From an uncultured Eubacteriales bacterium (GTDB lineage Bacteria > Bacillota > Clostridia > UBA1212 > CASDQQ01): DNA of 33,747 nucleotides. The notes under the pieces are model-generated. The model did no database searches. It saw nothing but the letters and a program-made list of their open reading frames with translations, and was not told the DNA's origin. This document shows positions 28,963-33,747 of the stretch, piece by piece. Within the stretch, counting starts at the first letter, position 1; every line of letters starts with the position of its first letter. The stretch spans positions 1-33,747 of the forward strand of contig CAYMRI010000001.1 of the NCBI GenBank assembly GCA_964392835.1. Direction: 5' to 3'. Both the position numbers and the translations under genes were made by a program.

Positions 28963-29673
28963 TCACTCAAACCAGTCCACCGGAATTTTTTGTTTCTCCA
29001 TAGGATATAAAGCAAGCTGGCCATTTGCATCGCAGGTGGCCAGAAAAATTTGACGCACACTATCATACCCTTGTGCTTTGATGCGTTTTTCCAGCCAATG
29101 TAGATTATGCTTCACCAGTTTTAAATTGGCTTCATTGACTTTGCCGTCCAAAATAACAGAGACCTGCACTTGTTCCTGTTGGGGGGACAAGTTAAAATCA
29201 CCGGGGGTTGCCGGTCGTTGATTGGATTTGAACAGCAAACTAAGGCTACCGTTATATTCTAAAATAGCAGTTTGTATCTGCCCAATGTCAAAACACCCTT
29301 GCACCCTGCACATCATAAGAAAATCGCTGACATCCATTCTGGCTTTGGCTAGATTTTTCTTAAAAATCACCCCATTGTCCATTAGAACAATGGGCCTGCC
29401 GCTTAATATTTTTTGTGCTTTGACAGATTTATTGGTCAAAAAAGAAATACCCACTGCCAGAAAGGCATATACCATCATGGCAATAATAGGGTTATACCAG
29501 TCCGTTTCCAGGTTTGTAGCCATCTCCGCAGCAATAGAACCGATGGTAATGCCCGTCACATAATCAAACATACTCATTTGAGAAAGTTCTTTGTTCCCCA
29601 TGAGTTTGGTCAGCAGAAAAAGGACCGCTACTGAAGTAATGGACAGGATAAGAACCCGTAATATTGTATCCAT
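28963..29673 (-). CDS. DUF421 (YetF-family) membrane protein, 236 aa
   Basis: ILRVLILSITSVAVLFLLTKLMGNKELSQMSMFDYVTGITIGSIAA is the typical YetF/DUF421 N-terminus. RBS AAGGAGG is upstream. Confidence 0.8.
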   Translation of the reverse strand: MDTILRVLILSITSVAVLFLLTKLMGNKELSQMSMFDYVTGITIGSIAAEMATNLETDWYNPIIAMMVYAFLAVGISFLTNKSVKAQKILSGRPIVLMDNGVIFKKNLAKARMDVSDFLMMCRVQGCFDIGQIQTAILEYNGSLSLLFKSNQRPATPGDFNLSPQQEQVQVSVILDGKVNEANLKLVKHNLHWLEKRIKAQGYDSVRQIFLATCDANGQLALYPMEKQKIPVDWFE

Positions 29674-29798
29674 GTTTGTACCTCCTTGCTTGATTGGATT
29701 AGTATTGCCGGTGGGTTGGAAAAATATGAAAAATTGTATTAACTACCAACATATGCTATAATAAACATATGAAAAGCAAAAAGGGGGAGACTTGCATC

Positions 29799-30743
29799 AT
29801 GAAAAAGCATATTGGGGGGAATATTGTAGGCATATTATGCTTGGTTTTATTTATTGGTGGCATAGGCCTTGGTCTGGTTGGTAGATCCCTTTGTGTTCGT
29901 AACACACAGAACTATCAAGATTTACAGCCCGAGTTATTTGCGCCGGAAGAAATTGCAACCGTTCTTCACCATAAAGAGACAAAACAAATCTATGTCTGTT
30001 ATAATGATGCTTCTTACGTTAATGTTTATTCCCAATCCGGTCAGTTTCTTTGGGCCGTTTCCACACCCTATTTAAGAAATGTGTATTTTGAATTAGACGA
30101 AGACAAATTAATTATTTATAACGATGAGGCTTATATTTATAGTGCACTGGATGGCAGTTTTGTAGACTGTGTAAATGTGGATGCTCTAGATTATTTAGAC
30201 TATGATTGGGAAGACAATCCGGTCACAGACGAATTTCAGGCAGGGGAACTATACTACGATACTTATCAGGTATATACAGGACAAGCTGACGGCACATTAA
30301 AAACCATTGTTACCCGCCCATGGTGGTATTGGATTTTTCATTTTGGCGTAGACTGGTGCATCGCTTTTTCCGGTGCAGTCATTTTTGGAATTTCCATGTT
30401 TTTGGAAACACGAAAAGAATGGAACTCTGTTAAAAAAGGGCTTTTGATAAAGGACAAAGAAGTCGCCTTTATTTTGAAATATTACAGAATCACTTCCATT
30501 GTGCAAGGTGTATATCTCTTTGCAAATGTTCTGGTTGGATTTTTCGGTGGTTTTCTAATCCTTGGTATCATCCCGCTTGTCCTTCACTTTATTCTCTCAA
30601 GTGCGATTTTGGGCAACCGCCTTAGAAAGTATGTACTTACCTCTCATGAAACAACTGCCTTCGAGTACTGGAACTTAATGCGAATAATTACAATTGTCAT
30701 TGCCTTTTTCTCAGTGATTATTGTTGGAGTCATGATTGGATAA
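29799..30743 (+). CDS. Uncharacterised polytopic membrane protein, 314 aa
   Basis: It has an N-terminal TM helix, a soluble segment of about 150 aa, then at least 4 hydrophobic helices. The ATG at 29799 follows GGGGGAG. A promoter (TTGTAT, 17 nt, TATAAT) is upstream. No family is recognised. Confidence 0.6.
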   Translation: MKKHIGGNIVGILCLVLFIGGIGLGLVGRSLCVRNTQNYQDLQPELFAPEEIATVLHHKETKQIYVCYNDASYVNVYSQSGQFLWAVSTPYLRNVYFELDEDKLIIYNDEAYIYSALDGSFVDCVNVDALDYLDYDWEDNPVTDEFQAGELYYDTYQVYTGQADGTLKTIVTRPWWYWIFHFGVDWCIAFSGAVIFGISMFLETRKEWNSVKKGLLIKDKEVAFILKYYRITSIVQGVYLFANVLVGFFGGFLILGIIPLVLHFILSSAILGNRLRKYVLTSHETTAFEYWNLMRIITIVIAFFSVIIVGVMIG

Positions 30744-30785
30744 CGATTGCAATTACATATGAAATCAGAAAATATAATAGCTGAT

Positions 30786-30827
30786 TCAAAAATAATAAAA
30801 TGAATTCCAAGCCTTTGTTTTTTTCAT
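30786..30827 (-). CDS. Candidate 13-codon mini-ORF (MKKTKAWNSFYYF)
   Basis: On the minus strand, GAGGAGGGG lies 6 nt before the ATG (30827), and the stop TGA is at 30788-30786. It has its own near-consensus promoter (next feature). It is too short for any homology argument. Confidence 0.25.
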   Translation of the reverse strand: MKKTKAWNSFYYF

Positions 30828-30868
30828 GACATTCCCCTCCTCAGATTTAAATTTGTTTCCGTAACTAT

Positions 30869-30898
30869 ATTATAGTCATAAAACCCATGCAGAATCAA
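30869..30898 (-). promoter_or_regulatory. SigmaA-type promoter upstream of the mini-ORF
   Basis: On the minus strand: TTGATT (30898-30893), an 18-nt spacer, then TATAAT (30874-30869). Confidence 0.45.
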
Positions 30899-30913
30899 TG
30901 TTCTCGTGCACAA

Positions 30914-30941
30914 TTGACTTTTGCCCCATACTTCGTATAAT
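30914..30941 (+). promoter_or_regulatory. SigmaA-type promoter for the 30968 gene
   Basis: TTGACT (30914-30919), a 16-nt spacer, then TATAAT (30936-30941). It sits back-to-back with the minus-strand promoter, with the two -35 boxes 15 bp apart. Confidence 0.5.
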
Positions 30942-30967
30942 AAAGCTACATGGGGGAGGTTTATCAT

Positions 30968-31864
30968 ATGAACAAAAAACATCAATTTGCGCTGAACAGA
31001 CTATTTTATTTATTTGTCATCATGGGTATTGTTTTCGGGTACTTTGCGGTTACTTCACTGCTGGAACAGGAAACTACCCTAGGTATTGTCCTAGGTATTT
31101 TTTCCTTGTTCTTTGTGTTTGTACCCATTTTTGCCATGCCCTATTGCTATCGGTTTGACAACGAAGGGGTATCCATTTGTTATCTGTTTTTTCCAAATGA
31201 ACGCTACTTGTGGGGGAACATTCACACAATTACCGTAGAAGAGGACAGTAGCTCTTCCGACCATCCTTTTTGGGACTTGCTGTTTTCTCGCGTATTTAAA
31301 ATCAAGGGTCGCATAGAAGGAGAACGCCGTCCATATATGCAAGGGCATATTCAAAAAAGCCACCGTACCAAACGCCTTTTGGAACAATACTGGGACAGCA
31401 CCATTACCGGTTATTTTGGAGAAGGCTTTAAGGCATGGTGGAATCAGCGGAAAAGCAGACCCCATACCGGAAAGTCTTATCAAACGGATGAAATCATTCC
31501 CATGGAACGGGAAGCCTGCGCAAAAGCAAAGGAATGGGTCAAGCCTTTTGCTGCCCAAGCTTTACAAATGGACTTGGAATTACGCCCCAAATTCCGGTAT
31601 GTCACAAAAGACTTCCAGGAGCTGAAGTCCCGACCGGACGAAGGCTACACCTACATGGTCATTGTAGAAATTTCTCATCGGGGCGAGAAAAACGAAAATC
31701 GTATTGTGGAAGTGGGCGCCGATTTGCTTTATGTGCGCATCGGTAAAAAAGCTTATCGAGGCGTGGTGTATGACGAGGCGAAAGAAGACCTGCAGTGGTA
31801 TTTAACAGACACTTTGAAGGAAATTCAAAAAAACGGGATGGAAACCTACTGCAAAAATCCTTAG
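30968..31864 (+). CDS. Uncharacterised protein with two N-terminal TM helices and a soluble domain of about 230 aa, 298 aa
   Basis: The ATG at 30968 lies 8 nt after GGGGGAGG. The TM helices are LFYLFVIMGIVFGYFAVTSLL and LGIVLGIFSLFFVFVPIFAM. No family is recognised. Its 3' end overlaps the convergent ATPase gene by 4 nt. Confidence 0.6.
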   Translation: MNKKHQFALNRLFYLFVIMGIVFGYFAVTSLLEQETTLGIVLGIFSLFFVFVPIFAMPYCYRFDNEGVSICYLFFPNERYLWGNIHTITVEEDSSSSDHPFWDLLFSRVFKIKGRIEGERRPYMQGHIQKSHRTKRLLEQYWDSTITGYFGEGFKAWWNQRKSRPHTGKSYQTDEIIPMEREACAKAKEWVKPFAAQALQMDLELRPKFRYVTKDFQELKSRPDEGYTYMVIVEISHRGEKNENRIVEVGADLLYVRIGKKAYRGVVYDEAKEDLQWYLTDTLKEIQKNGMETYCKNP

Positions 31865-33744
31865 GAAAACTTCCTATCATACAGCAGTGCCGCAATCAAG
31901 ACCACAAAACAGGAACCTGCATTATGCACCAAAGCCCCGGTGGTAGGATTCAAAAGGCCCACTACGGAAAGTACCACAGCAAGAATGTTAATAAACATGG
32001 AAAGAAAAATGCTGAATTTAATGGTTTTTACTGTGGCAATGGAAAGCCGTTTTAAATACGGAATTTTGGAGATATCATCGCTCATTAACGCAATGTCTGC
32101 CGCTTCTACTGCGATATCGCTACCCATACTACCCATGGCCACACCCACGTCCGCCGTTTTTAAAGCCGGTGCATCGTTGACGCCGTCTCCAATCATACAA
32201 ATGGTTCTGTTTTCTGCTTGCAGACTTGTAATACTCTCTACCTTTTGCGCCGGCAACAGATCTGCTTTTACTAGGCTGATGCCAATCTGCTTTGCAAAAT
32301 ATTGGGCAGACAGTGCATTGTCCCCTGTAAGCAGAATTATATCGGTGTGCATACCATTCAGCCGTTCCACCATTCCCTTTGCTTCTGGACGAAGCTCATC
32401 GGAAAGGGCAATCACACCTATGACACAGCCGTTTTTTGCCATCAAAACCGAGGCCTTCCCTTGCAAACGAAATTCTTCCAATTTAGAAGATACGTTGCCG
32501 TTAAGAGCAACGCCGTGGTCTGTCAAATAACGCTCATTACCGCAAAGAATGTTTTTCCCTTCAATTTGCGCAGAAATACCTTTCCCTGCCGTCATTTGAA
32601 ACGCTTCCGATTCTGCAAGTGCCAAATTCCTCTTTCGAGCAAACGCTACAATGGCCTTTCCTAAAGGATGCTCACTCTTTGCTTCTGCAGAAGCAGCCAA
32701 GGATAACAGCGTCTCTTCTCCCACGGTATCATCCACGGGAAAAATATCGCTGACTTGTAATCGACCATAGGTCAAAGTTCCCGTTTTATCAAAAGCAATG
32801 GTATCCACTTTTCCCATTTTTTCAAGGGCTTCTCCGGATTTAATGACAACACCATGCTTGGTTGCCTGCCCAATGGCAGCCATAATAGCTGTGGGCGTTG
32901 CCAATACCAATGCGCAAGGACAAAACACAACCAAAACAGTTACTGCACGTACAATATCCTTTGTCAAAATACCCGTAATGATGGCAATCACCAATGCTAG
33001 CGGCACTAACCAACTGGCCCACTTGTCTGCAACTCTGGCCATAGGCGCCTTTTTATCTTCCGCTTCCTTTACCATGCGGATGAGTTTTTGCAAGGAGCTG
33101 TCTTCCCCTACTTTTGTGGCCTCCATATCCATAGCACCAAATCGATTGATACTTCCGCAAAAAACCATGTCCCCTACAGTTTTATCCACCGGAAGAGATT
33201 CTCCGGTCAACACTGACTGGTCTACTGATGTTTCGCCACTGACAATGACACCATCCACCGGCACCGCTTCTCCGGGGAGCACCCGCAAAATATCTCCTTT
33301 TTTAATTTCTTGTGTAGGAATCATTTCTTCCTTACCATCTATCATTCTTCTGCCTTGTATAGGTGCAAGTGCAATAAGTTTTCTTAAGCCCTTCTTTGCG
33401 CGGTCGGTTGTCATATCTTCAAGGATTTCACCCAATGCCATAATAAAGGCTACTTCTCCGGCCGCAAACAGGTCCCCAATGAAAATAGCTGCAATCATGG
33501 CGGAGGTAATTAACAATGCAGAAGAAATCTTGCTAATACCGGAATTCTTTACCAGCTTTCGAATGGCTGCATACAAAAGGGGCAATCCGCTGATAAGAAC
33601 TGTTATCCAAGCAGGGTCTACCGGTAATGTTATACCCACTTTGGGGAGTGCAAAACTCAATAACAAAAATATACCGCTCACTATGGTTGCCGGAATGCCG
33701 GTTAACATCTCTTCTATTCTTTCTAATTTTTCTGACATAAACAT
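31861..33744 (-). CDS. P1B-type heavy-metal-translocating ATPase (CPC type, Cd/Zn/Co-like) without an N-terminal metal-binding domain, 627 aa
   Basis: The motifs are FCPCALVLATP (TM6 CPC), DKTGTLT (phosphorylation site), GDGVNDAPAL (hinge) and TGES in the actuator domain. By hydrophobicity there are 8 TM helices. The protein starts directly in the first TM region with no CxxC HMA domain. The RBS lies beyond the window edge. Confidence 0.9.
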   Translation of the reverse strand: MFMSEKLERIEEMLTGIPATIVSGIFLLLSFALPKVGITLPVDPAWITVLISGLPLLYAAIRKLVKNSGISKISSALLITSAMIAAIFIGDLFAAGEVAFIMALGEILEDMTTDRAKKGLRKLIALAPIQGRRMIDGKEEMIPTQEIKKGDILRVLPGEAVPVDGVIVSGETSVDQSVLTGESLPVDKTVGDMVFCGSINRFGAMDMEATKVGEDSSLQKLIRMVKEAEDKKAPMARVADKWASWLVPLALVIAIITGILTKDIVRAVTVLVVFCPCALVLATPTAIMAAIGQATKHGVVIKSGEALEKMGKVDTIAFDKTGTLTYGRLQVSDIFPVDDTVGEETLLSLAASAEAKSEHPLGKAIVAFARKRNLALAESEAFQMTAGKGISAQIEGKNILCGNERYLTDHGVALNGNVSSKLEEFRLQGKASVLMAKNGCVIGVIALSDELRPEAKGMVERLNGMHTDIILLTGDNALSAQYFAKQIGISLVKADLLPAQKVESITSLQAENRTICMIGDGVNDAPALKTADVGVAMGSMGSDIAVEAADIALMSDDISKIPYLKRLSIATVKTIKFSIFLSMFINILAVVLSVVGLLNPTTGALVHNAGSCFVVLIAALLYDRKFS

Positions 33745-33747
33745 ACC

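Noticed and set aside
30763-30800. The hairpin AATCAG-N12-CTGATT as an intrinsic terminator of the 29799-30743 gene.
   Set aside because: The stem is only 6 bp and AT-rich, the loop is 12 nt, and an A-rich rather than T-rich tract follows on the plus strand. It is mentioned only in the context of the mini-ORF.

Overview
This window looks like a chromosomal segment from a spore-forming Firmicute of the Clostridia type. The gene content (SpoVB, YetF/DUF421), GGAGG-type ribosome-binding sites (RBS) and sigmaA-like TTGACA/TATAAT promoter boxes all fit that. I support about 31 protein genes and find no rRNA, tRNA, CRISPR array or transposase.

Gene order:
- Left end, minus strand: the L-rhamnose catabolic operon rhaB-rhaA-rhaD, followed by the 5' end of a lipoprotein gene.
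- A visibly AT-rich islet carrying a complete type III toxin-antitoxin (TA) module: promoter, 2 x 53-nt RNA repeats, terminator, and a ToxN/AbiQ-like toxin gene.
- A GNAT acetyltransferase behind a roughly 225-nt leader that has an upstream ORF (uORF) and a terminator/antiterminator.
- spoVB, Fe/Mn superoxide dismutase, and an orphan DinJ/RelB-like gene.
- Two tandem paralogous single-pass membrane proteins with a beta-propeller-like domain.
- A truncated WYL-type regulator fragment, an amidase-domain protein and a Dabb protein.
- A sigma-70/ECF-like protein with a roughly 370-aa C-terminal extension.
- A DUF2961 (GH172-like) protein and a dinJ-yafQ pair.
- A tightly coupled four-gene minus-strand operon: GH32, a zinc-ribbon membrane paralog, a roughly 1000-aa GH106-like hydrolase, and a pyruvyl-transferase fusion.
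- A large Cthe_2159-like beta-helix lipoprotein, YetF/DUF421, two uncharacterised membrane proteins, and a P1B-type ATPase with no N-terminal metal-binding domain.

Most interesting non-standard signals:
1. The type III TA locus. Its two antitoxin repeats share flanks but have different central hairpins.
2. A family of palindromic intergenic elements, TTAACTACA-N22-TGTAGTTAA. The loop is always 22 nt and the arms carry compensatory changes. It occurs at three loci, including a four-unit array, and overlaps a stop codon and a gene-truncation point.
3. The three-member membrane-protein family, one copy embedded in the glycoside hydrolase operon.
4. The sigma fusion protein.
5. A GC-rich 21-nt tandem repeat and 25-bp palindrome upstream of the DUF2961 promoter.
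6. A 13-codon mini-ORF with a near-consensus promoter and RBS.

All family assignments are from motif recognition by eye, not from database searches.
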